Source: Somniosus microcephalus
Taxonomy: Eukaryota
NCBI GenBank assembly: GCA_052327205.1
Contig: CM126202.1
Location: 192,014,001 to 192,078,000, forward strand
Reading direction: 5' to 3'
DNA length: 64,000 nucleotides
Part shown: positions 43,601 to 57,800 of the stretch, one piece after another
Layout: each line of letters opens with the position of its first letter
Numbering within the stretch: the first letter of the stretch is position 1
Position numbers and translations under genes: made by a program
The notes under the pieces: model-generated
Database searches by the model: none
What the model was told of the DNA's origin: nothing
Seen by the model: the letters and a program-made list of their open reading frames with translations, nothing else

Positions 43601-46600
43601 ACAAAGCCTTCGAGTCCTTTCTTCCTTTTACCCTAGTAAGACATCTGGGAAAAGAAGAAAATACTGTTTAGGTTCAAAGTATAATTTACAGGAAAGGACG
43701 CGTTCCCTTCGATTATATGAAATGTTAACGTTGCCTCCATTTGAAATTGAACCAACGTTCATTTTTACTTCCAAGAGGTTTTGATATTGGGTTTGATACA
43801 CTTGAAAACCGATGTCTCTGAAGAAATAAAATGTGGTCTGGAATGTTATGTCCTTAACTCATGAAAGGTGATGAAAGCTCTACCTCGAATTCAACGCTGA
43901 GAAAAACGCGTGGCTTTTAGAAATTTAATGGGAATTCCTGATTCTGGCTCAAAACACAGGCAATATTCCAAATGCGTTTTCTTTATGCACGCAAAAATAA
44001 AATAAAACCTTTTAGTTTTGATTTTGAAATATAACTACACACATTCGGGCGAGAATCTCGCCCACTCATTTCCTACCTGTCCAGAAGGGTCAGGCTGAGC
44101 AGACCAGCCTTCTCGCTTTTCTGTATTTTAACACCCCAGGACTTCTGTGTCATGAAATCTGGATTGTTAACATCGGCAAAATTGCAGAGTTAATTAATAT
44201 AAGTAGATTTGTTTCTTGAGAGAATCTCCCAAATATTTCGCAATGTTGGTTGTTAAGGCGGAGACACAAAAGAGCAAGGTGCTGTCAACAAATGTTTACA
44301 GAGTTTGAGGTTTAAGTAGGAAACCATCTCTCGATGCAGTCCTACTGCATCTAACAGGAAATGGAGATATCCTTCTAGAGCAAATATAAGTTTTAAATAG
44401 AACCAGAACTATTGTCTACCTTACTTTCCATATACCTGAAATTAAGTAAGCATCGTTTATTATAAGAAAAGGTTAAGGATCCATTCTGTCGCCCACCGAT
44501 CTCTAATAGTACGATATACTTCAGGGCGGGAGAACCTTTGACCCATATCAATATGCAATGACCTATAGGCCTGAAGCAGTATGCCAGAACTCAATCACCT
44601 ATATGAATATGAATTAACTTATAGTTATTGATTTCTATCTATACTGTCCATATAACACAATATATAGATTTGTAATAAATGCAGGAGTATTCTGCCCCTG
44701 TAAAATGATTTTCTCCGAATAGCTTATATGTCCGGTCAATACCATTATTAAATTCTGTTATAGTGTAATAATTTTAACTCATCTTGTCATGATGCATGGG
44801 CAACCTGTTCAAATCTGGTGGACATCATGTCAGTCCGCCGCGTTAGGGTAAAATTAGCGTCAATAACTGTGAAGATAGGAACTAGTTAAAAAAAAGAACA
44901 ACTACAAATAATAAAAAATATGTACACTCTCTAAACCTACAAAGGATACGTTGCAGGCCTTTTCATTGTTCTATTATGAACATGCTTTAACTGAACTGTT
45001 CTCAGGTGTTAGTTTATTGTAGAAAATAGGACAGGATAAAAACTTGGTAGCTCAAAAGCTATGGCACAAAAAGAAACAAATACTCGCCTTCTGTGAAATC
45101 TCTATTACCCTGTATTACTAACAAGGGTAGAATTATTTTTGTACCAACCTAAAAACACAATAGCAAAAAAGCTAGCTGCTGACAGGAAACTAACATAAAT
45201 GGCCTTCGTGAATAATAACATTAAGAAATTATGAAGTACATCTTGGACTTCAGATGTCATAACTGTGGTACTTCATGAATTTATTGGCGCTATTTAATAA
45301 TTCTCTGCTAATCATTACTTTATATGTGTCAGTGAGGTATAATCCATAGGTCCATATCACTTGTTGGAAGTGGTCAGATGCATTCACAAGGATTGGCAGC
45401 TTCTGTGTGATACTTAAGGAATATTTAAAATTAATTAAAATGATTGTTAAATACGTGCCACCTTTATTAAGAACGTGAAGGATAATAATGGATGGTGGCC
45501 CTCGTGCCTTGTGCCAGTAAAAATCGTCGACGTGAGAATTATCAAGATTGTTTATTACATGGTAGACAAAATGTTGTATCCGATTGCAGACCGAGCTGTC
45601 TTTATAAAGGAACACTAATGAAATCGCTCCGATAAACAATCAGGACAGTTAAAAATACAAAAAAATAGTTTAATGTACCTCTGATTGATTGACAGACACT
45701 ACTGAAGCGCACGGTAAAAGTTCTAGCAGATCTTCCAGTAGCAATGATGCCATATGTCTAAATGCTATTAACATTAACGTTTGTGATTTTAACATATATT
45801 TTTATAGGCGAAAGCTTCACCTTTTAAATTCAACCTTTTTTAGTGCTAGCACTCTTCGTGTTTGTGAGTTTATTCACTAGATCAGTGACAGCTCTTTATT
45901 TGCATAATTATATGCTATAGTCTGAAGTGAAAACTAACCTCCAAATTTCATGGGTCACCAAGCTGCAACAATCAATGTTTTATCACGTATGCTAAGGAAA
46001 ATCTAAGAAGCTATATAAAGTTTCTTAGGGATTTGTTTTTTCTCTGTCTCTCGGAGAGAAAAAAGAATATTTGTGTCTCTTCAAGAGATGTAGAAACCTT
46101 TACATCGCTTCTTAGTAACTGAAATCTATTAGTCGGTAATAATGGAGATTAAAATGTACGTGGGGATTTCAGTCTTTTTACTTTTACTTCAAAGTAATTC
46201 CGTAAAATACGGTTCCTAGTATAAACCAGCTAACAGTTTACACCAGAGGCAGTCGGGTTAAATGCATTATTTCGTACAAACTAATTCGATGAATGATTTT
46301 AACTACAGATATACTTTATAATGAAATAAAGTAGATGTATATTTTATACATTATACACAATTACAAATATATTCTCAAACCAAAATCAGAATATCCTTTA
46401 TATAATAATTTTAACAGTATGTTCGTTTGTCAACCTGCTTTAAATATTGGTGAAACGGCCAAATTATTAATTGATATTGACTTTATATGCTTGGTTTATT
46501 TTTGCATTTTCAATAAACATTTTCTTTGAACATGCTCATTTATTGAGTACAGCTCCTAAAACACGATTACATTCATTTGGATTTTTTCTTTCCTCTCCCA

Positions 46601-49600
46601 AGGATTGAATTATCCTTGTAATTTGAGGAAATGTGAAACATATAATTTTAAATATACAAGTTTTTTTTTTAATAGTTTATTTCAATTTCTTAAACTTGCC
46701 TGTTTATTATCCGCGCTCAGAAAAAAACCGTACAGGTTCAGTATTTTGAAATAAAATAAAACTTAACATTATAAATATTAAAGAGTAAAATACTATTGTA
46801 ATATGTAAAAATAAGCGAAGCTCCCCTCCCCCACCTCGAACTATCATCGCCATCATATATATAAAAATAAATCCTTTGTAAATACATTTTCTTTTTAAAG
46901 AAGCGTGAAGAGCACTAAATTTTCCACACTTTAATGTACAGAATAGTTTATGTATTTTCGTATATATATTTTTATTTGGTATATTTCCGTCAAAAGCCCT
47001 TTCTTTGTCCATACCTATGCAGCTGTGCGCCTCACACACACACCAGTAGAGTTTTCAGGTGTCGCTGAACATCTTAGGGTTCTTTTCTCATTCATGTCAA
47101 GTGTAATTTGTATCTGTGTTCAAACTTTAGCTTTTTGGTGACGTTGCAGAATAAATCGGCAGGTCACTTTCCCTGAAATTGATCAACAACCCAAATGCCA
47201 GGCTTCCGTTTTGGACTACCTGATCAACCTTATTCCTGGTTGATGCGCAATGGATAGTTGATCAACAGCTGTTCTCACCCTCATTGACATATCAGCAGAA
47301 TGCCAATTTACGTTATTTTCAAAAGTACTATGCAGCTTGTATCTGGAAGCGATCCCGAATAACACTGTACGGCACAATCCCACCAACGCGCCCGTTTATA
47401 TGGAAAAGGTATTTCCCAATACAAAAATATTTTAAAAAGTCATAGATGTCCAAAATCCTCCTATTTTAATACTTCAAATATATTTAGTATCTCGATACTG
47501 CTATCATCTGCACTGTGTGAAATGTCACAATTACAAAAAAAATGCACAGGGCACGCGGTAGGGAGCTGCGCAATGTTGGATAGAAGTTATCCTGTAACGC
47601 ATTTATGTGGTTCTGAGATGCGGTGTTGTTGAGGATTATAGAATGTGACATTACAGCTTTAGCCAAAGGACATTTGTTGGTTACTGGCTGCTGCTGTGCA
47701 GGTAGACTGATACAGTGTTAGAAGGTCACTTGCTTCTAAAACGTGTGGGCTGATGCTTCGTGCAGTTCCTGCTCTTCCCCCTCCCCTCCCCCGCCCCAGT
47801 TCTTCATGGAGCTCAGGTGTTTGCTGCTCTGTTGCTCGACTGCACTCCAGACTTGGTAATTAGCTCCACCGCCACCTTCTCTTCCCTTTCAGGTGGTTCA
47901 GCTCTCACCTGAGTGGGAAGTTTTTGTCTCGGTGCCAATACTGAGAAATATCCGCACAGCTTCCACCTTGTTACTGTCCCACTGACTGTGTTTTCAGGTC
48001 GTTTTTATCTCACACTCAAAGCAGAGTGAAAGTTTCCCCAACCTATTTGATTTGCACTGAACGAACTTCTTTTCACAACACTGAATTGAAACGTCATCCA
48101 CAAGCCATTAATGTAGACTCCGAAGAACCACAAACGCCAATGAGAATGACTTTTTGCCTAGTAGTCTAAACCAGTTTCTCGCTAAATTGTAGATTTCAAA
48201 CCCAACCTTTAGTTAAAATTAAAATGATCTAACTCTCGTCGCCTTCAGGGTCGCTGATGTCAATCCAACGCGCGCCAACTCCCTTCGAATAGTCCTGTCC
48301 TGTAACAACTACACATTGATTTCCTACAGACTACTGGGAGTGAACTTCCAAAGCAGACTTGGATAAATGGACGGTGTGTTTAACTCACAGTGGTCTCTGA
48401 ATAAAACATAGGTTCAAATATCCACGAGTCCATATAATTTTGGTGCACAGGTGCCATTGTCCTCGAAGAGCTCATCTTGAAACTAAATACATTTCAGCTA
48501 CTGGGGATGTTTTTACCAGACTTTATTAGAGGGACACGTTAACTACACAAATAGGGCTCAGACTTCCTTTGCGCTCATCATGAGAGATGGAAATTTAATG
48601 CGAAAACAATAGAAGGCAATGGAGATTGGGAGCTGGACAGCTCAGTAAGGTTTACCTTCCGACCTCTTGTCCCTCCTAGTCCAAGAGCTCCGGTTATTTA
48701 CAGCCATATAATTAATCAGTTGAATTTACTTTACTAAACTTCAACTCATTTGAAGCAGATATTATTTATTGTAGCATAAATGGATACATTTTTTAAATTA
48801 AAATATGTTTTCCTTTTTCGCTTATATTTGTCACCTCTGCTTTTGGCCAGTATTTTTAAACTCTGCTATACCGCCGGCAGCAGTATGTGAAGTTTTGCCA
48901 CGTTCAGTGCACTTGTTTTAATATCTGGAGTGATGACCAAAGTACCAAGTATTGATTGTATTTTTTCATTTACTCTGTCACATCTCACATCGCACAGTAT
49001 ACAAAGGATATAGTGACAACAATTAAACTGGAGCACTGGATAGATATATACATTTATATATGTATGAACGTTAAATATAAATGTTTTAAATATTATATAG
49101 GAGAGCGAGCCCTATTTCCATTAAAGTTGTGCTGCTTTACACTGACCGTTCGTGCGCCAACTTATTGCCGTTTAAAATAAAAAGTTTAAATGTACCCATT
49201 TTCTAGAGTAGGGAATGAGTGCAGCAATTGTATTACTTATTATGCTCACTGAATGTGATTATTTACTGTCTTGTTAGATTAGATATTTTGCACGGAACAT
49301 AACTTGTGAAATACATATTTTTACAACACTAATCAAATGAAATTTGAAAGTCAGAAACTATAGCTATAGTTATTTAGTGTAGTTTAATTCATAAAATAAT
49401 GTTTTAATGACATCCCGATGCGCCAAACAGATATATTTAGGTACGGGAGTCGATAATAAATGACATTCAGTGAAAACTGAAAGAAAACTCATGTCAAAAA
49501 AGGAACATTGAATGTGAAATGATTATAATACATATTTGAGAACATCATTGTAAAATAACACATTAGAAGAAATTAGATTTCATCACACTCAGGTCGCATT

Positions 49601-49843
49601 TATCTAAAAATTAAATGCTGTATTTCAAATAAAAATATTTAACCTGTTGTCAGCTCTCGGAAACAGAAAACCTTGGGAGGTGTTGACAAATGGAACATTA
49701 AAGAGTAGTGCGTCATGTACCATGCACTTGTTTACAACACAGGGGTATGCATGTCTTTGAATTTGGGAGTGAAAGTGGGGAGAATGCTGAGTCAAACACC
49801 GTTCAGTTAATGCGATCTCAGACACTGAATGCTCGGTGAGTAG

Positions 49844-49864
49844 CACAGCACCATGGACAGCGCA
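49844..49864 (+). promoter_or_regulatory. RE1/NRSE (REST-binding) element
   Basis: 'cacagcaccatggacagcgca' matches 17 of 21 positions of TTCAGCACCACGGACAGCGCC, with both half-sites (CAGCACC, GGACAG) intact at the canonical 2-nt spacing. Confidence 0.7.
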
Positions 49865-52800
49865 GTGCAGCACTGTCATAAAGCAGACAGTTTCCACAGA
49901 TCTCTCGCCAAACACCAGTAAAGCGAAAAATATAAGGCATTTACACCATAGCATTCTTAAAGAGTGACAGAAACAAATTATATTTACAATTCCTAGAACT
50001 TCTTTATTGAGTTCCTCATCTAAAGTTTATATAAATATATAGTATAATTTAGAATACATATATGTTCCTCATATTTATGTACATACTTTAAGAGGCATGT
50101 TTCTCTACATTCTGCCATTGTGTCCCATTGGTCTTGTAGCCCTCGCTAGTTATATGTTTATTTTTATAACTGTTTTTGTGGTTTGATTTGCTGCTTATTT
50201 TATTTATTTTCAACAGTCTGATTCGACTGATTTCCTCACTTCGCACCCATCCACACCAACTACTCCCTTTGTCTCCCTTCTCTCCGTTTATTTTCTTAAT
50301 TATTGCAGACTATTGTATTTTAATATTCTGGACTACTTTTCTATATCATCTGTCTGATGTACATTTCTGCCTTTCGTTTTTGATATTACTTGTCTTTCTT
50401 GGACGTTCAATCTTCACTGCGTTTTCCAAAGGGTTTCGAACCAAGGGTTTTATTGTTGATTGCAATTTATTACCATTCAAATGCCAAACAGAAGCTTTAA
50501 ATTGAAAATAGGTGTTTCAATCCGTAAAGTATTATTGGGTTTTATTACATATTTTTAAAAGTTTTAAAAGAAAACTTTAGTACCGGTGAGCTTGCTTGAT
50601 CCAGAAATTAGGTATCTGTTGAATTACACCTGGAATTTGTGAGCGGATTTACTTTTGGGCAGGAGCTGTTTGATGGGAGTTGCAGCTTCCCGACAGCTTG
50701 TTAATTAAAGCCCCTGGAGATGAGCCTCTGGAGCCACCGTCCGTATCAAGCCAGTGCTAAATATCCAGATCCTGACAGCAACCCAGCAAGATTCAACAGT
50801 AAAATAAAAACAAAACAAAAATGCCTAATCTATTCCCCCTTTCCGCTTTCTCTTCCTGAATCCCAATTCCCACCCAGCTTCTTCAGCCACTCCATATTCC
50901 TTTAACACTTAGAATCTATATATAAAGTAGGAATCGGCAATCTTCAAGCCGTTTTGTCTTACACTTTTCTAAATGTAAACATCTTGCGTTCAAGATTACA
51001 ATACAAACTTGTAAATGCATTTTGCTTTCCCGAACCTAGAATTGTTCATAATTGTCTACGCATGTCTTTTAAAATCATGCAAAAGAAGGTTCTGACACAT
51101 TGAGCAGCATCATACATCAATTCGCTGTAATATTATATATATAATATATACATCGACCTGTTGAATTGCGTGTGTTTAATCATTTCATACAATTCTTCAA
51201 CTGAATTGATTATTTGAACTGGAGGATGGTCGCACCGCGCTCTGAAATCCTTGTTTCTTACACATTGAACAGATCAGTATTTCACCCCCGCCCCCACAAA
51301 AAATAATTATTCCAGAACATTCGGATAAAATTCCACTGGCTTTAGTAATTTGAACATTTATATGATTATTTATTTTAACTTTTCAACAGACACATCGTCC
51401 TGTTTATTTCCTCAGTGATTAGCCATTTCAAATAGCAAGCCTTCTTTCTTCTATTAACCTCAGATCTTGCTTCACAAGCTCTGGCTGGAGACAGCCTTGT
51501 CATGTGTCCACTGAACCTGGTTAAACCCTTTTCACCTGGGCACTTTTTCTCTTGCAACCCTTCAAAGTCATCCCTAAATGGCTCTTGTTCTGTGTAGATC
51601 ATTTGTCAACGTCAAAGATGGACTTGCCTCTATTTAGTGAAAGTAAACTGCCCAGTATATGGTGATGCTATACAGGGAAAAGCTTCCTTGATACTTTCGT
51701 GGAAATCAATATCATATCCCAAATCTTTACCAAGTATATGAACCGCTTTCAAAACTATTGAATTTATGAAAAGTAATACTTCTTTCATCGATTGTGATTC
51801 TTAAATTCGAGAAACTGAAAATGTCTCAACATCTATATTAGAATAACCTCTAAAGAAATCATTCAACTCAAGTTAGTCTAATGTCAAAAATAAACCAAAA
51901 TATATGTTATTTTCATGGTAATATTATCCGTCCAATAAAATGCACATTTTATAGAATAAAATAGGCCGAAGCAGGTTATGGTATGTTACCGTCTGATAAT
52001 CGCGTTACATAACGGGCTATTTCTATTCTTTGATGTGAATAATGACAATGGAACAAGTTGGGTTCTAATAACTGATAACATCAATCTTAAGATGTTACCG
52101 TTTGATCTCAGACAGAAAATTCACGTGTAAATTGGAAAGAATATTCTCCTCATTAATATAACACTGATTTTGGTGTTCCTAATGCTACTCGGAACAGCTT
52201 TTATTTTACATAGCTGAATTTTACAATGCATATTAATTATAAGTTTGCCTAACTTTAACTTCGATAGATAATTTTCTATGAGAATTGAACACAAATGGTG
52301 TCATACCGATGATTAAAGAGCCGCGTAACAAACATTCGTTAATAGTTTGTTTTTGTACATTTTATATTATGATACTTGGAATTTCTAAATATAATATTAA
52401 TAAAGCATAAGTTTTTCAAACTTTTGTCAAACTCCTTTCAGAGTCATTGCCTTCCAAAATATCCCAAACCTATTTAGTTCATTTGTGCACACAATCGATA
52501 GATTGAACCACTTTGCTTTGGAGCAATCCCATCGAATTCGTCGCTTTAGTGACAAAAAGCAGCCAACATAATTTCAAATAATTTTGCGCTGGAAGTGGAT
52601 GGAAAAGCAAATAACAACGGTTACATATTTGTTATTTTTGTTTAAATGTTATAACTGAAGAGTTGATCCATTTATTTGTGGATAATAATAGTGTTAACGC
52701 CGTTTGCACTCTGGCAAGACAAATAAGGGAGATTGTCATTCAATATCTCAGAATGGATTAAAAATCTATATTGAATTAATAGACCTCGTCAATGTTTTAT

Positions 52801-53087
52801 GTTAATATTAATTAAGATATCTGAAATATATTATATAAATAATTTTATAACTAACAATAACTTTAACCCTTGGCGTCTTTTAACAGGACATTTAATCATC
52901 CAATAAATCGAATTAACTTTGTGTTTACTTTGCTGTCCATGCAGTTGGCAGTTGCTGTGGGAGGAAGGCCCCGTGTGCAGGTGTGCAGTGGCCGCGATCC
53001 AGGCTCCACTCCCCGGCTGCTGCGGTGTGAGGTTGCAGGCGCGACTGCACTTCTGCTACGGCTCATCCTGCACTCTGCTATGGCTTT

Positions 53088-53103
53088 CAGTGCCATCTAG
53101 TTA
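53088..53103 (-). promoter_or_regulatory. CTCF-like motif
   Basis: Minus strand reads 'taactagatggcactg', matching the 3' core of the CTCF consensus (CCASYAGRKGGCRS). Confidence 0.4.
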
Positions 53104-54402
53104 ACATTGGAGCTGCTGACGATTGTGTATTGTTTCCCGTTTCACGACAGTTAACGAGGAGCAAGTGTAAAATTAGGAATGAAATATAAAATGGGCATTA
53201 AAAAGAATACGTTTAAAACATGTGGTGTATATGCGAATATTCCGTTATCTCACCTTCTATAGGACAATTAGGCATTGATTGTAAAAATAACGGGCGCTAC
53301 CTTTTGAGTTTAAACATAACATTTGACAAATTGATTCAATTATTTCGCACAAAATACCTATCTATATTATCAAGCACATTAAGCAGATTAATTAAAACAG
53401 TTTAAAAGTTAGATTGATTGTAAATTCATTGAAACAGTTTATAATGTCCCGTTCTGCCATAACTTACTTATAAAAGACACAAATAGGGGTCCAAGAATTA
53501 TATTTATAAAATGTAGCCGATCTGTACTTAACATTTACTTTTTCTAAAACATTCTGTTTAATATGTTTTATTAACAATATACGATTGATTGTGTGCGAAA
53601 ATTAAACAATCCCCCCTGTAGCCCGTGTATACAGTAACTGTAGATTGATAGCCGCTAACGTGGGAGTTAGTCATTTTCTCTGACCCCAGAATATGGTTTA
53701 CATTTACTTCAAACTGAAACTCGCTGCCATTTATTTGCTTGTTCTTTTTCAGGTTCAAGAGAACACCCGACGCGAAAAGACTAATTCTGCGATCTTTATT
53801 CAAAGCTTCATTTGATATTACAAATCGAATTTTTCTGCCAGATCGATAAATACAATTAGTTCCTGCAACCCCCTGGCAAATCACTTTTACCAAAATCTGA
53901 TGCATTTCTGTACGGGAAGCTACTTCCATGTTTATCAATTGCAAGCAAATAATGTATTTAGCACTCGATTGGGCAGCGTTGGCTGACTCTCGAAAAAGTT
54001 CCAGTGCAATTAAAATTATACTGAGCTCATGGTTAAACGCTCAATAATTAACCTCCTCGATCTCGAACGGGACGTTACTGCAGTGTTACTGCCGAATAAG
54101 TCACAGGTTGTTTGAGATTTTAAGTGGACAATTGAAAGACAAAATGTCTAAGTGATGAAAATAATTTATAATAAATGTAGAAGTGTTTCATTTCAATAGC
54201 ATTTCATGTTCATAGATATAAATTGTATCATATGCAAGTATGTTTATTGTTTAAGATATTTTGACCATTGTGAATCAGATGTGCCAATAAAGTCTCAAGT
54301 GCCTACAGCTACAGATGTTTTTTTTTAAGTGTGAAATCTAATATAACGAAACAATTATTGAGCCAGAAACTAATTCATTGTGAGCTACATCGACTGTGTA
54401 TT

Positions 54403-54422
54403 TGGGGGGGGGGGGGGGGGGG
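54403..54422. repeat. Poly-G tract
   Basis: About 20 consecutive G. Confidence 0.9.
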
Positions 54423-54587
54423 AAATCAAACGCGATGTAACGAACTGGACAGTGTGATTGCATTAAAATCAAAAACACCTGGACAGCTGGGCATGTGCGT
54501 GAAAGTGTTTAAAATAAATCTTAAAGCAAAACAGTTTGAAACAATGTTTCCGTCTACTCGTGCGGCTGGTGTTGTGCTCTCGAAATA

Positions 54588-54603
54588 CAGCGCCATCTAG
54601 CTC
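54588..54603 (-). promoter_or_regulatory. CTCF-like motif
   Basis: Minus strand reads 'gagctagatggcgctg', same orientation as the 53088 site. Confidence 0.4.
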
Positions 54604-54874
54604 ACAAAATCCGCAACTACACCGCAGCACCGGGGGACGCGGGCTTCAAACCGAGACCAGTAAAAGAACAGTCGCTGAAGATCACAGCACTGCGCATTTA
54701 GACAAACAGTCTGTCAACTATGAAAATACTACATGGAAATACATCAATGGAATGCATAGGGACAAACATCTAGTGCTTAAAAATTATTTAAACAAATACG
54801 ATCTTTCGAAAAGTCAATCATAGACATCCAGTTATGTACGATATATACATTTATGTAAAGGTGTTTAGTCCTGG

Positions 54875-54897
54875 TATCTATCTATCTATCTATCTAT
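54875..54897. repeat. (TATC)n microsatellite
   Basis: 'tatctatctatctatctatctat'. Confidence 0.9.
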
Positions 54898-57800
54898 GTT
54901 TCATGAGTGTAAACAGTGAACGTCATACTAAATGCAACTATCACAAATGAATAAGCATTGTGTCATGTAGTTGGTAGACTTTACTTTGAATCTTCAATTT
55001 TAAAACGGAAAGCCAATCTACAAGATGGACTCTTTAGTTGAAATATATGTGATGAAAAGCGACACCCTGCTATCTAATGCTCCTAATTAGAAAACTGAAT
55101 GGGTATTTGCAGTGATCTGAATTTCGTGACTACTTTTTAAAAAAATATATCGTACAAATATATTAAATGTCGACACTTAACATCTGTGCCACGGAAATGA
55201 TCTGATTAGTATTTTATTAACTAAAAGAATATCTGCAATATTTCAATTCAATTATCTTGCATTTGTAGTTTTGCTCATACCAACAGAGAGGATATAAGAA
55301 AATCGTTCCAAAACAACTCGAACTTTGTTGATCCATCTTTCCATGAAACCACTTGAAGAAAACACTGAATTGTGTTTCCCACCTTTCTTTGTCAAATATA
55401 TCAGTAAGGTGAATTAAAATAGCACACATAGCCTAAATAAAATAGCATTTTAAGTATTTATTTGTTATTTAAAGCATTTTCATTTACCTAAATTTTGAAA
55501 ATGGGTAGAGTTATCAATCTGGTTTATCATAAATTTATACGTATCTTCGATAATTTTTTTGCATTTCATGTTCATGAAAATCTTCTACTGTTATAGGATA
55601 AAGTCGAACCGAAGTAGCTGATTTTGGTCTAGTGACACTAAAAATGCTGTATTGAAATAAATGAAATAAAAGAGCGGACCTGCCAATCTTTTATTCAGCA
55701 ATATATAGTTGTAATATGAGCCTTCTTCGGACAAGGTTGGTTGATAGTGAAATATATCTAGCAATGTAAAACGTTTTATTTTTATAATTACATTGCACGA
55801 AAGAGTTCCCTATTAAAAAGGGAATATTTACGCTGAATAGCAGCTCATCAGTTCATAAAACATTGAAAATGATTTCTGGTCTTATTCTATTGAAGATTAT
55901 AATTATTTCATCTTGAAGTTGTTAGCAGCACAGTGACATAACTGATGTAACGCATCTGATTCCCTTAGAATCAGACTCTATTCTGTTTTGTACTGTACTG
56001 TGCTGGAATGGTTTATGGCTCAAGTTTTTTTTAAAGTAGTAATTTTACACAACCGGAGTCACGAACTTCCATATATGAGTTTAGTCATTTGTTCCTTCGT
56101 CTACTCCAATGGAGACAACATTCCCACAAATATTACACAGTGATACATTTAGTGCTATGTTGTCCAGGAGCTTGCTTAAATTGACTTAAATGGTCATCAA
56201 ACTGCGCCAGGAAAGCATGTCGTGGAGTCTTATTTAGCAGATATGGAAAAAAAGCGACTGAACAAAGGAATGAAAAGAGAACTATAAATTCAGAAATACT
56301 GGTCACCAAAAGGGTTGTTTCAAGACTGATAGTCACTGTTCCTATGGCAATTATCCTTATTTTCTCCTTCGAGATATTTAAGCAAGGGAAGGACACGTTC
56401 ATATTGTGTGATTATTTTGACCAGACACCAGTGATAAATCCCATGTGTGAATCCAATGCAAGCAAACACTTCCTTTAAAACAATAAGCATTTACTTACAT
56501 TCTCCCCATCTCAAAAGTCACAGCACAGAGAGAATGAGATTCAACATTATGTTGAGTAGCATACTGAGCAAATTGCTGCAATTTTATAGCGACAATGTGA
56601 ATAACCTTCACCTAAAGCATCTTTAAAAAAATCCAAACTGGCTCACTAACATGTAAAGAAAGTCACATTTTAAGCTTCGAATACATATAGATTTCAAAAT
56701 AGGTTCACAGTTAAGAGGCAAGATATCAGTATAACTGTATACCAGTCTTTTTATAACACGGTGAATGCAGTGTGGGTTAACAGCGGTTTATAATATTAAA
56801 AAGCAAAGAGCATAGATGCCAGCGGCGCTCAGCTTTATTTCTTCAGAACGTCAGAAAATATTCTTCTAATGATTACGTGACAACTGCCATTAATTGTTTC
56901 ACGATCGTGCTGGAATTGTTTGATTTCTCCTTTCGTTGTATTTGGTGTTTTGAGGTATTGTTGGCAAAATGAATGGAGAATGTTACAGAAAAAGATAAGG
57001 CAACAGAAGTGAGATCAATTGCAAACAATATAAAGAGACTGCTTAACGCCTGTCGAAATGTTCCTTTTAGTAAAAGGTGTTAACTTCGTGCTGCCGGCGC
57101 TGTAATATTTGCAATTCCATATTAGGCAATCTGTACATTAAATATTCTGCAGGAGATGAATAAAGAATTACAACTTAAATTGAAGGTGCATGCTTGCCTC
57201 TGCTGTACAGTCTTGCAGTGTATAATTGTATACTGTTAACAAGAGTGCATTGTGACACCACGCCTTACCTTAACACTCTCATCTATATATCAAACATCCC
57301 CACTTACGAAATCTACGTGGTGCTGAACGCAGGGGATTTCAAACTTACTTTGATGTGGTTCATAAAAACTGAACTTCACCTGAATGTTTAGCTCCCCCCT
57401 CCTCCTCTTGTTTCTTATTAAAACCACCACATTCCTTCTGTCCAGTGATAGCTTATTAAACTGTCCTTTGTCCTTCCTTGTGCTGTCTGTATAATGTTAT
57501 GGAAAGCGTGAGTTAAATTTTCACACAGCAGTCACGTGCAAAGTTCGGAGGGCCGTTAATGTATAATCCGAAGAGCAACAATTAGTAAACCGAGTTCAAC
57601 TGTCTGAATGAATAGGAAAGAATAACCACAGACACGTCAGATTTAAAAAAAAAACTTTTTCTCGTCCTCCACGGAAAGAATATTTGAAATATGTGCAGCA
57701 TTTGAATCGTTACCAAACATGAGAAGACTACTCGGAAGTATCGGTCTGAAGTTAAATAATCGTGATAACACAAAGGCTGGTTAAACTGTGAATGAAACTT

